From positions 620,001 to 684,000 of the forward strand of contig CM074807.1 in assembly GCA_037447605.1 (NCBI GenBank): a stretch of DNA of 64,000 nucleotides, given 5' to 3'. Every line of letters begins with the position of its first letter. The stretch's first letter is position 1. The translations under genes and the position numbers were made by a program. Below, piece by piece: positions 11,501 through 23,299 of this stretch. The stretch comes from Zygnema circumcarinatum SAG 698-1b. Lineage: Eukaryota; Plantae; Zygnematophyceae. The notes under the pieces are model-generated. The model did not search any database, was not told the DNA's origin, and was given only the letters and a program-made list of their open reading frames with translations.

Positions 11501-14500
11501 CTCCCATCCCTCCCTCTCCTCCCTCCCTCCCTCCCCTCTCCCCTCCTCCCCTCCCCTCTCTTCCCCTCCCCTCCCCTCTCCCCTCCTCCCCTCCTCTCTC
11601 CTCCCCTCCCCTCCCCTCCCTTCTCCCCTCTCCCCTCTCCCTTTATTTAATCTTCTTCAATACATTCACAGTACCTGTCCATGTCTCTGCGCTCTCTTCC
11701 GTCCCACTGTTGCTCCGTTCCGTTGTTCTGAACAGTTTCTGTGTGCTGTGACGTCAGGCAAGGGGGACTTTCGGCTTTGTCGGAGAAGACCACATTGGGA
11801 AAGTCGGATTTCCTCCAGTTCAGGTTGGTTACATAGAAACCCCGAAATTCTGAACCCCGAACCCTAAGCATACGAAACTCCCCCCAAAAAAAAAACAAAA
11901 AAAAAAAATTATTTAACGATCTATGAAATGCATAAATTAGCACCTCATCCATTTGCGAGGGAGGACACTTTCGCGCTTCCTTTTCTTTTATTGAAGTATT
12001 ATATTTTTTCTTTTAATTTTGTATGAACCCTCAGGCTGCTCCTGCCGTGCCTTCATCATTCCCACATCTCTTTGGGCTGGACAACAAAATTCGATGCCTC
12101 ATTCCACATGCCATTGACCAGGTGAGGACTCTCACTCTCTCCCTCCTCCCCTTCCCCTCCTCTCCTCCTCCTCCCCTCCCCTCCCCCTCCCCTCCCCCTC
12201 CCCTCCCCTCCCCTCCCCCTCCCCTCCCCTCCCCTCCTCCTCCTCCTCCCCCTCCCCCTCCCCCTCCCCTCCCCTCCCCCTCCTCCTCCCCCTCCCCTCC
12301 CCTCCCTCCCCTCCCCTCCCCTCCCTCCCCTCCCCTCCCCCTCCCCCTCCCCCTCCCCCTCCCCCTCCCCCTCCCCTCCCCTCCCCTCCCCCTCCCCCTC
12401 CCCCTCCCCTCCCCCTCCCCCTCCCCTCCCCTCCCCCTCCCCCCTCCCCCTCCCCTCCCCCTCCCCTCCCCTCCCCCTCCCCTCCCCCTCCCCCTCCCCC
12501 TCCCCTCCCCCTCCCCTCCCCCTCCCCCTCCCCCTCCCCTCCCCTCCCCTCCCCCTCCCCCTCCCCCTCCCCCTCCCCCTCCCCCTCCCCCTCCCCCTCC
12601 CTCCCTCCCCTCCCCTCCCCCTCCCCCTCCCCATTTAAAATTATTGAACTTGAACAAAACGGGTGCAAATGGGGTATAAAGGATCCGTACTTTCGAATGA
12701 CGCGAGATGCGGCCCCTCGTGTGGGCTTCCACAAACCCGCCCTCATTGAATCGCGCTTCTTTCCGGCACTGCAGGTGAGCGTCTCTCTCTCTCTCTCTCT
12801 CTCCCTCTTTCGTCCCCTCTCCCTCCCTCTCCCACCCACTCTCTTCCTCGACTGCCCTCACACCTCCCACCCTCCCTACCCGCCTCTTCCTTTCCTCTCT
12901 CCCATCATCCTGGAAATTTTGTCAGTTTTTGCTTAAAACCATTGGTTTACATTTCATACAGATATATTTCTGTCTTCTGTGTGTACTTCCGCTAAACAGT
13001 AAGAGCATGTCTCCTGTTTTCCCATATATTCACATGATGAATTTAGTTTCTTCATAATAATTTTACCATACATTTTGTAAAGGCAGAGAGCCCCAAACGG
13101 ATGCTTCATTCTTTCCATACAGTCTTACCGCTATGGATTGCATTCCCTTAATGTATCCCCTAAAAACCCTAAAAACCCTAAGAACTCTGAAAACCCTAAA
13201 AACCCTAAAAATCCCCTTTTTATTTTTGTTTCACTTTGTTGAGGAGAAGGTTTCGAGACATAGGGCGATTCTTTCCTCTGATCACTTTTGTAGGGTGGGG
13301 GGGGGGAGATGGTTTTTTAGGGCGAAGGGACGAAAATGAATGCAAGCGATGCATCTTCTGCGATATATGTCACGGATACACCGAAAGAGATAAAAAATAA
13401 GGTGAGAGAGTGGGCTATCATACCTCTCTCCCACTCTCTCCCTCCCCCTCCCTCCCTCCCTCCCTCCCGTCCTCCCATACTTCCTGAATCTCTCCCTCTC
13501 TCTCCCCCTGCGTCTCTCCTTCCCTTGGCCCATTTTGCTTGGTATTTTTCTCAAGTTTCGTTCTTTTGCCTTCCTTTTTAAACCCCAAGAAGTATTCTAA
13601 ATAATCTGTAAACTCTGAAGTTGTTTTGTTTTTCAGCTCTATCTAATCCTGTTTGAAGTTCCCTCTCCCTCTCCCTCTCCCTCTCCCTCTCCCGCTCCCT
13701 CTCCTTCTCCCTCTTCCTCTCCCTCTTTTTGCAGGTCAATAAATACGCATTTTCGGGAGGAAGAGCGACTATTGAGGAGCATCGCCGGCTGGGAGCGAAC
13801 TTGGAGGTGAAATAGAAATTAAATATGTTGAAATATTGTCAAATAATATGTTAATCAAATACCAATTCCCTAAATACGCATTAACCCTAGAGACCTTTTT
13901 TTTATTCTTAACTTCAGTTTTTTCCCCCCCTCCGCCCCCCCCTACTCATTTTTTTCCCTCATTTCAACGCACAATTTAGACATATGTTGTTTGGATTTCA
14001 TAAACTTGGTGTGTGAATGATAGGAAAGGGGAGCTATGACTGATGGGGTTTAGGGTTTATGGAAAATGGGAGTGAAAATGTACAGGTGGATGTACCAATT
14101 AAATATCTTTCATTCTTTTTAGATGACGACGAGGAGTTGGAACATATAAAAAAGGTAAAATTATTACAAAACTCTTGCTATTTTTTTTTTGAAAAAACCA
14201 AAAAGTCACTCCATTTGCAGAGAGGATGCCTTAGGACTTTGTATGTGTTCTCTTTTGTATATGTTTGTAGACTCTCTTTAATGTAAGTGGAGGATTTTGA
14301 ATGAGAGAGGGTAGGGTTCAATGCAAGCGAAGAGAGAGTTATGGGGACAAGATAACGTGGAATAGCAGCAGGCGTCATGCTGACGTCCCTTCGCGAGAGA
14401 GAGAGAGAGGGAGAGAGGGAGAGAGAGAGAGGAGAGTAGAGAGTGGGGTAGTGGGGAGGTACGAGGGAGAAGCAGAAGCAACTTATGATTTCGTCTCTCT

Positions 14501-15319
14501 CTTTCAGCTCAAAGACTGGTTTCTGTGTGAGTGCAGGAGTACGGAGAGGGGCGGATGCTGACGGGAGAGGTGAAGGAGAAGCTTGTGGGAGTGTTGGCGG
14601 ACCTCGTGCATCGCCACCAAGCAGCGCGCTCTCTCGTCACGGAGGAGGTAAAACCCTAAAAACCCTGAAGAGTTGGAGGGGTCGGACCAAGCTAGGGTTG
14701 GGTTGGGTGGGGTGTTGAAGAGGGGGTTGGTTTCCTTTAGGGGGGGGGGGGGGGAACGGAGGGTGAGGGTGAGTGATGGAGAGTGAGAGAGGGAGGGGAG
14801 GAAGTGGGGAGAGGAAAAGAGGGAAGAGAGGACGAGCGAGGGAGAGGGAGAGAGGGAGGGGAGGAAGAGGGGAGAGGAAACGAGGGAAGAGAGGACGAGC
14901 GAGGGAGAGGGAGAGGGGAGAGAAAGGGGAGTGGATGGGAAGAGGGGACCAGGGGTGGGAGAGGGAGAGAGGGAAGGAGAGAAGGGAAGGAAAGTGTAGG
15001 AGGGGGAGAAGTGGAGAGTGGGAGGGGAAGGGAGAGGCGGATTTTATATCTTCTACTTCGGAGAAGAAAGCAGGGGCGCTTTTGGGGTTTTTGGGGCTTT
15101 TCCAGGTTTTTTGAACGTGCAGGTTCGAGGGGGGGTTGAAATATGGGGAGTCGCGAGCTTTTGGGGTTTTGAGATTTTCTGATTTTTGGTTGGACTGAGG
15201 AATTGCTTAGTGTTGGAAGGTGCTAAACCCTTTTCTGAACCCTTTCCTTGTTGTGGGAAGCGGAGCAGATGGTGGATGCCTTCATGGCGGTCAGACCCAT
15301 GCCGCACATGTTCTCGTAA
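8503..15319 (+). CDS. WARS1: Cytosolic tryptophanyl-tRNA synthetase, 12 exons
   Basis: Exons 8503-8768, 8996-9115, 10785-10970, 11210-11261, 11758-11823, 12035-12121, 12682-12774, 13321-13401, 13735-13806, 14086-14154, 14537-14647, 15269-15319, all phase-compatible. Motifs [53 protein letters not shown]. Confidence 0.97.
8781..8935 (+). repeat. Degenerate (TTTAGGG)n interstitial telomere-like tract in TrpRS intron 1
   Basis: Repeated GGGTTTA units begin about 12 nt after the splice donor. AAACCCTA telo-boxes also lie at about 8457-8470 just upstream of the ATG. Confidence 0.85.
9140..10210 (+). repeat. Purine-rich minisatellite (GAGACGGGGAGAGGAGG.. unit, ~26 bp) in TrpRS intron 2
   Basis: Dozens of GAGACGGGGAGAG cores; contains a gap at 9332-9341. 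Confidence 0.85.
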
Positions 15320-16605
15320 GGCGAGTAAGATTAGAAATTGCCTTTCTGCCCAATGTATTTCCCCTTTTATTCTTCAAATTTTTGTTAATCTATGAAGCCC
15401 TGAATTTTGTTTGCAACCCTACTTTAGAGGCCCGCATTCTGTCATGTTACTGTTATGTGATGTGATGTTTAGTCATGTACAGTATGTTACATTATGTAAT
15501 TTCACATCACATCATGTCTGACATGGTTGGCTGCCATGGATGCCCCGAGGCAGTACATGAAGAATGGTGCGGTTGTGGCTGACAGTCTCACTCTCTTCCT
15601 CTCTCGCTCTCTAGAGAGAGAGAAAGAGAGAGTGAGAGAAAGCGAGAGAGACACAAGTTCCGTTTTGCTTTGTCAGTCCACTTAAACAATCATCCCGAAG
15701 TCAAATCTGAAACCAGTAGGCCGAGTCAATCTGTGGCATGTACCGAAAAAATTCTGATTGAAACCAATACATGGATTTCGCAAAAATAAGTAACAGCAGA
15801 CAGCACTTTATTTCGAAATAACACTTTTGAATGTTGGCCCGCGAGTCGAGGTTGCAATCCCCTTAAGTTTGCAGCCTCGGTATGGAATGAGGGTCAAATA
15901 GGTGCTTCTCAACATGCGGAGTTGCAAAGAGAGGGAATTCGTGCGAGGGGTTCGAACATATGTTCGACACGCCGGATTCAAAGATTACGAATCACATTAC
16001 CAAGGACTGAAGAAGTGTCTTCAATGTTCTCCCAGAAATCTTTAAAAAACACGATACCGTGCATAGAAAACAAAACAAAACAAAACACAACAAATCTATC
16101 TTTGCCATTATCCTTCTAAATTATTATAATTTTTATCCAGTATTGTCTGATCGCATACATCTGTCAGTTTGTTTGAGGTGGTCAGGATACGAGACATGAT
16201 CTCATGTCACGGACCAACATGGAAGCGCGTACTTCCACATTTTCATTTTCATCACAGACGGAAGCTGGGTATTTGAAATCAGTATATAAGGTTACCAGAA
16301 TGATATTCGGCCAAATAAATCAGAACATATGCAGAGAACATCATTTGCCCTTAAAACCATTCGGATTCGTTCAAGTCAAAGAAGGCCACAAAAAAACAGA
16401 GGCTGAAATACATTTGGGCTCGCTATAACACAGTCGCGCGTCATTGCGATCAGGCCAGTGGGACTGTATTTTCAAAAGGTTACCACTTCACAAAAAATAA
16501 AAATGCGGTTGCCATAAGCTCTCGGTGACTTCTATTCAGAAATTACACATCTTTACATACATAGGGCGGGCGGGCCGAGTTTCTCTACGCGCTAAGAGGC
16601 GGTCT

Positions 16606-18166
16606 CTACCGGCTGTAGAAGGCGTCCAGGCTCTGGAAGACGGTGTTGTGCCACGGGTCGGAGAGGTGCTTCAGGAGGTTGGCGAAGGGGCCGTCTGCGG
16701 TGATGCGGGACTGCACGATGAAGCCGAAGAAGGCAACCATGGCCAGGCGGCCTGAAGACAGACAGACAAGGCGTCAGAACAGTTAGGCAGGGAAGGCAGG
16801 ATATTTTTGCGAATCAATGGAGTACGCATTAGAGGCCAGGGAGAAAGAAAGAGACGAGGAGACTAGCGAGCGTGGGCGCCATTTAACGGACAAAAATGTT
16901 CTACAGTCCTTACCGTTGGCAAGCTCCTTCTCCTTGGCCTCGAGGGAGGCTCCGAAGTTCAGAGGGTTGAAGATGCCTCCGGGGTATCCCACCTCACCTG
17001 TAAACACACAGACAAGGCGATCCAGTGCTTAATGAAATTTGAATGAGATTTTGCCAGCACTATATCAGGTGAACGAATGGTAAGAGCGACCGTCAGCGTT
17101 CGCAGCGGAAACTTCCTCAGACCAAGCACAAAAAATGAAGATTGGGCCCTACCAGGTGGCAGCTTGTTGCCCTTGAAGATGGGATCCTCGCTCACGGAGC
17201 CAGGGTACTTAATGTCCTGCCATCTCCTGACCTCGACGTAGTGGAAGAGGAGGAACTCGATGACGAACAATGTGGAGGCGGGAGCAAAGTACTCGACCTT
17301 GCCGGCATCGTACCAGAGGGGCACGTCAATGATGCCAGCCTTTGTGAGCACCTCAGGGATGAGGATGCCGGCGACTCCAAGCATGGCCCAGCGGCCGTTC
17401 TGGAGCTCGGCCTGGACGTACCACTTCAGGTTCTCGGGATCCTCACCCAGGCCAAGGGGATCGAAGCCGTTGTCACCGGCGAGGCTGCAAAAAAAATATC
17501 ATGCATGTCAGGTGAAGACAACGCCGAATGTATTGCAAGGAGCTGCTTCCATCTGCAGGCTTAGCTGCAGTTGCTTGACGTTACATTCCTAGGATTGCAT
17601 TTTCTCGACAATGTTTACAATTCACAGCCTAACAATGCGAGCTCCTGCCATTGTCCCTGCCATGCTACTTGAGATAGATTGCCTGCCATTGCCAGGCACA
17701 GCTCCGATAAGATCAGGCAACAGCGCCTGCCCGAACTAAAATGAATTCTGGAAGGCTCCTAATATGCATGCTGCTCACAATTCCCTCATTTCTTTCCTCC
17801 GTCATTACTTTCGTCCCTCAATCCTCCCCTCCCTCGCTCCCTCCTTCCTTTGAGACCTCACTCACTCAGCTGCTCCTTTCCCTTCCAATCTGTCGGCCCC
17901 CTACATACAGCTTGTATAAATTCCCTCCTACGGCGACACTATTGACAAGTTTAAGTTCCAAACGGAGCTGACCTGCCATCAAGATAGGCAGGGGAAGCGA
18001 GTCCTGGAAGCCACTCTCCCTTGGCGGCCTCAACCTTCAGGCCCTGCAGGCGCGGGGCAGCAGAGGAAACCTGCACCGCCCTGTTCAGGCGGCTGGAGCT
18101 CGCTCCCAGGAAGGCGGAGCGCACGGGCGCAGAGAGCGCAGCAGCCTGCATTGCGACGGCAGCCAT
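16606..18166 (-). CDS. LHCA4: Photosystem I light-harvesting chlorophyll a/b protein Lhca4 with transit peptide
   Basis: Exons 18166-17973, 17484-17153, 16997-16914, 16751-16606. [79 protein letters not shown]. Confidence 0.95.
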
Positions 18167-18262
18167 GGCTTCCTCCTCCCTCTTCTTGCAAGAAGCTCTG
18201 TTTCTCCTTCAAATTTTTGGAACTTGCAACTCCTGCCTGCGGGCCCTGCGGCTTACTAGGCC

Positions 18263-18491
18263 CCAAAATGATGTTACCCACGTCCAAAAGTGATGTAGTC
18301 CCGGTCCAGAAGTGATGTAGTCCCAGGCCAAAAGTAACGTCACCCTTCCAAAATGTGATGTTGGACGGGTCTCAAATGATGTTGGAGGCGATTCCCTCAC
18401 TCTTGGAGGTGATGTTGCGCGTGCCAAAAAGTGATATTGGCGGGTGATGCAACGGCTGCAAGGTGATGTCGGCGGGATCCGGAGGTGATCC
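18263..18491. repeat. Degenerate ~21-22-bp array (CCAAAAGTGATGT) upstream of LHCA4
   Basis: About 11 TGATG-type cores at roughly regular spacing. Confidence 0.65.
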
Positions 18492-19731
18492 GCGGTGGCC
18501 AATGGGAGCGCAGCGCGCGGCGGGGCGCCATCCGGATGGGCGCGGATGGGTGGGGGCGGATACGGCGGCTATCGCGGGGGGAAAATGGGGGTAGGGGGGG
18601 TAGGGATCGAACTAAATGGGAATAGGGACGGGAAAAAGGGGGTAAATAGGGTGGAAAATGGGAGTACGGAGAGGTAGGGATCGAACTAAATGGGAATAGG
18701 CTGGTGGAAAAGGGGATAAATAGGGCCTTTTTTGGGTTACTGCGAACAAACTGTGGAGCATCTTCCAATGAATGGGAGCCACGTGGAGGTGTATTTACAC
18801 GTGTCATACAGCTATTGGAAGATGCTGGACGGATTGCGGTTGAGGGGGACAGGATTTGTGCAGGGAATCGCATGGACCAGTTGCCAGGTTGTTCTACTGG
18901 AGCAGAACTGCGAGACACGGGTGAACGGTTCTATGTGCATGGCGCCGGCATTGGGAGTTTAGATAGTGCAAGCGTCGGCGCATCTCCTTGAACCATGTTG
19001 GGGACATGAAATCTGTTGACAAAACGTGCAAATCCCAATCTTAGAAATGCGGTCCTTTGCACTTTGATCGCTTGCACTTGTGCCTATAGTCCACATCCCC
19101 CAAGATGTCTACAGGGCCCACCCACATGGAGCACCGTCAGTACCGCCTCTCTATGGACAGCCTCAGCGTGGGTTGTCACTATGTGCCTACAAGCTTCCTC
19201 CACAGCTTTATACAAAGACTCCACTATGAGCCACAATCATACAGCATTTGGGGCCCAAATGGTGTTCAAATTTTTGCATTGGAGGTACACAAGGGAGGAT
19301 GCTCCAAAAGGCCAATATGACAGTGAGAAGAGACAAGCCATTCAGCCCAAACCCATCACAGGTCAACCAATCTGTACAAAGAAATTCTCCCTGGCTACCC
19401 GCCACTGTACAAAGGACCAGGAAAGCCTCCTGTCTGCTTCTCACTCTCCCGCTTCTCCTCTACTTCACTCTCTCTCCCTCTCCACCCACTGCCCCATTCA
19501 GTCTATTTTTAACTTCAACACCACAACCACCAACCCCGGAAATATATTATGACTTCCTCCTCAACCCTCGGTCCTGTAGGTCCCTATAGTGCTCCACCTT
19601 CCTAGGTATCCAGATTCCAAACAACATCCCCTCCCCTCCCCTCCCTCCCCTAACCTCGACCTTTCCCCCCTCTCCCACCCACTCTCTCCTCTCCCTCTCC
19701 TGCATCGCCCTCCTCTCCCTCTACCTCCCCC

Positions 19732-20006
19732 CTAGGCCTCCAGAAAGTCAGCCACATTCAGAAAGGCAAGCAGCTCAGGGGGTATGTCGAAGTAGCCGGG
19801 GACCATGTGCTCCTCCACCATGGCATGGCTGCTCTTGTGCCTCTGGTCAAACCGCCCGAGCTCCACTCCCAGCTCGTGACATTCCTGGCAGAGGTCAAAT
19901 CCGACGGCTTCGGGACAATCGCAGCACCTAAATCGAGGGCCCATAATGGGAAAGGCCTGAAATAGAACATCATCAAACCATCAATCGTCAATCAATTTTC
20001 TCTCTC

Positions 20007-20068
<62 letters not shown>

Positions 20069-21681
20069 ACTTCTCTCTCTCCCTCTCGGTTTGCGGGAAC
20101 GAAACACAAGTAGGAAGCGGTGGTGTTTAGAAAGATAGAGATAGATAGAGCCGTGGTGTTTAGAAAGATAGAGATAGATAGAGCCGTGGTGTTTAGAAAG
20201 ATAGAGATAGATAGTGATAGAGATAGATAGAGATAGAGATAGAAAGATAGAGATAGAGGCGTACCCCACAGCCATCACAACCCACACCGATATGGATAGC
20301 ATTTTGGCGTCTTGTCTCTGCAAGGAGCTTCTCCAGCTCTTTCCTCTCCTCCTCCGACCCACTCCTCTCCAGTCTTTGCTGTACAGCGAGAATGTTCGCT
20401 AACGCTCTTTGAGCGTGAGAAATTTCTAAACCCAGTTCAGCCCACACCTTTTTCTTCGAAGTTTCATTTTTCTTTCCTCCCATTTCGCCCCCCTCCTCCA
20501 TTATTTCCTCCCCTTCCCTCCCTCCCAAGTCTCCACTGATCCCTGAACCACTCGCTTCGCTCTGAACAGGATGAGACTGAGTTCCATCAAGGCAAGAAAC
20601 CCTAATTCTCTCCTCATTCAAACAGCTGTTGTTTTCTGCTCCATTCTCTATAACTCTCTCCAATCCTGACTGGTTAGTTGAATGCCCCCCATTGCCTGCA
20701 GCCCCTTTCCCGCTTGCTTCTCTCCTTTGCTCCCTTCTTTTTGCAGCCATCTCCGGAAAAAGCGTTTCTGTAATCTCGTGAAGCTTCAAACAAACCTCTA
20801 ATCTTCCGCTGGGTTCTTGAGATTTGCATTTCGGGCAGCGGAAAGAAATGGAATTGCTCGGAACGCGCGATTCTCCGTAGATGCATTCAAAACAGATAGC
20901 TGGAAAATTGCAAAAAAGACTCTTTAGATGATTGACTAAAGCCTGATGGAGCTGTCATATTCACAGGAGAAAGCACGAAGCCAAAGCTTTTGGGCGACAG
21001 GTGAGTATCGTTGTAAAGTACTGACATGGCTTTAGATATACCAGACAACTAGCGGACTTCCTCTATACAAACCATGAGGAAAACATAGAAGTCTAAAAAA
21101 CTAAAAAACTAAAAAGGCGCGCTAAATACATACCGTGGCCGCAGTTAAGCACCATAGGAAGATGCAGAAGTTGATTACAAGCGGTGCAGAAAAAGATCTC
21201 TGGGGAGATTGGAAGAGAGGGTTTGCTGTCCTTTGGAGGGCGCTGAGACTCAGAGGGAGAAGGAGTTCGAGCATTTCTTTCATCCAAACCATTCTTGTCT
21301 CCTTCGGATGTTGACTTCACGGAGTTTACAGAAGCAAACTCAGCGGTCCGTGCTTCGGAAATTTCCAAGGACTCTCCCAAGTTTGGAGAAAATACTTGTG
21401 ATGAGAGTTCTGCCTCTGCAATGCATGCGCACAACAACTTTGATAATGAATACGTGGCCAATTCGTTTTGATGTCGTTAATGCTCGTTGAGTGGTTGAGA
21501 TAAAGTTGTATTTATCAAGCACTATACATTATTATCATATTCGCATATTTCTATCCGTATTATTTATCACCAATGTCTCCACAAAACGTCAATCGCATGA
21601 ACCTAAACGGGCGGGAAGGGAGAGGGGGGAGAGGAGTAGGGGAATAAGGGGAGGGAGGGAGAGAGGGAGGGAGAGAGAGAA

Positions 21682-21718
<37 letters not shown>

Positions 21719-22434
21719 GTGCAGAGAGAGGGTGCAGAGAGAGAGAGAACGAGAAGCAGGAGAGGGACACAGAGAGGGACACAGATAGTAGAGCATACCT
21801 TTTACTTCCAATGCCCGAAATGCATACTCTTTGGGAAAAGCTTGCTTCAAAAAGTCGTGGAGCATCTCGCAGATGCGCGGAAAATGGGCGAAAACTTTTC
21901 GACAAAGAGGGCAATGGGACTCGAGACAGGGATTCATGGATCTATGTACGCACCAAAAGCAGAATATGTGCCCGCAAGCTGCGCGACCACAGAAATAATT
22001 AACAAATCAATTAGAACAGAAGATGCAGATGGTACTATGTAGTGACTGTGCTGTCATGCATCTCTAAAGGGCATAAACTCCATAGATGGTTAACATTGGT
22101 AAAAAAAATCCAAGAATTTATCACATAAATTACTTTACATTCGTAAGCACATATGTCCGTGCATCGAGCATTTCAAAGCATATGAAGTGATGCCTGTCAT
22201 GTGAAGTCACTTTCCCCTACATTGACGAGAAATATGCGCGCAAAGGAGCAATTGCAGAGGGAGGAGACGAAAAAAAGCAATAAAAAAGAAAAAAGGAAAA
22301 TGTAACTTACAATTCACCACTGGTTTATAAACAAGATCAATACAAATAGGGCATTCGAAATCTTCCACTTTCATTTCAAATTTTGAAATCTGATGAGGTT
22401 TTGCGGACGAGTCTTTGGCAGAAACCGCAGCCAT
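19732..22434 (-). CDS. PRT1: PROTEOLYSIS1-type N-degron E3 ligase (RING-RING-ZZ)
   Basis: Exons 22434-22311, 21978-21799, 21415-21134, 20899-20265, 19956-19732. RING1 CPICIDLVYKPVVNSCGHIFCFWCVHRSMN..ESHCPLCR; RING2 CTACNQLLHLPMVLNCGHAICFEC..CPKC; ZZ HIGVGCDGCGAFPIMGPRFRCCDCPEAVGFDLCQEC..GRFDQRH. Confidence 0.92.
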
Positions 22435-23039
22435 CTGTCCCACGAAAACTTAGGATTACGTTTATTCTGTTTCAGCAGCTGCACATCTCAGCAGCAACGA
22501 ATTCAGGGTCAGTCAACAATGCTTATCATTCTCATCATTATATTAACGATTTAAATGAAAGGTTTTAGAGATTGGAATATTAAGCATCTCATGCTTTTCA
22601 GATCATTAAGATTTCAGATTTGAATGGTTTCAGCTTCAAGATTCTCTGTTTCTCGTCAGCTTGTCAAAAAAACGAGTCAATCAGAGGATGCTCCGCCTCA
22701 GAAATGAAGCAATACGGCATTCCAGAGAACGCACATGCAAGCGTGCAGGCGCCACACGCGGCCCTGCAGGAGGCCGGAAGGCAATGGATGGAGCAGAAGC
22801 ATCTGGGAAGGACTTGGACTGTCTTGCACAGGTCGGAGCAGAAGACCAACCCTTGGATCAACCGTTGGTAGTTGATCTCACGATGGCGGTGATGCATGCC
22901 ATCAAATGGTACATGGACAAAATCAGCATGGGGAAACCACGAGGAACTGGTCTGGTCTGGTCTGGTCTGGTCTGGTCTAGTTGGATCAATCGTTGGTATG
23001 GCTGCAAATCATCGATGATTGACGACCAAGCCAACCATT

Positions 23040-23299
23040 GCCAATGGTTGCAAGTTGCAACCAAATACCACTGCGGTACATGCCAGCGGTTGCCGACCAT
23101 GCCAATGGTTGCAAGTTGCAACCAAATACCATTACGATGTATGCCAGCGGTTGCCGACCATGCCAATGGTTGCAAGTTGCAACCAAATACCATTACGATG
23201 TATGCCAGCGGTTGCCGACCATGCCAATGGTTGCAAGTTGCAACCAAATACCATTACGGTGCATACCAACGGTTGCCAACCATGCCAATAGTTGCAAAC
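23040..23299. repeat. 61-bp tandem repeat, 4 full copies plus a partial, with internal palindrome GGTTGCAA-G-TTGCAACC
   Basis: Units start at 23040, 23101, 23162, 23223 and 23284 (partial). Confidence 0.92.

Noticed and set aside
12023-12679. 218-aa extensin/formin-like SPPPP ORF
   Set aside because: It is TrpRS exon 6 read through into a CCCCT-repeat intron with a clear GT donor at 12122 and acceptor at 12681.
18397-19589. ORFs between LHCA4 and PRT1
   Set aside because: No motifs or splice-consistent structure; likely promoter and 3' UTR sequence.
22435-22443. GTG start for PRT1 given by the ORF track
   Set aside because: GGGACAG|ATG looks like a 5' UTR intron acceptor directly before the ATG at 22434.
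23040-23299. CRISPR-like array (palindromic repeats at regular spacing)
   Set aside because: The inter-palindrome segments are near-identical rather than unique spacers, there are no cas genes, and the context is eukaryotic.
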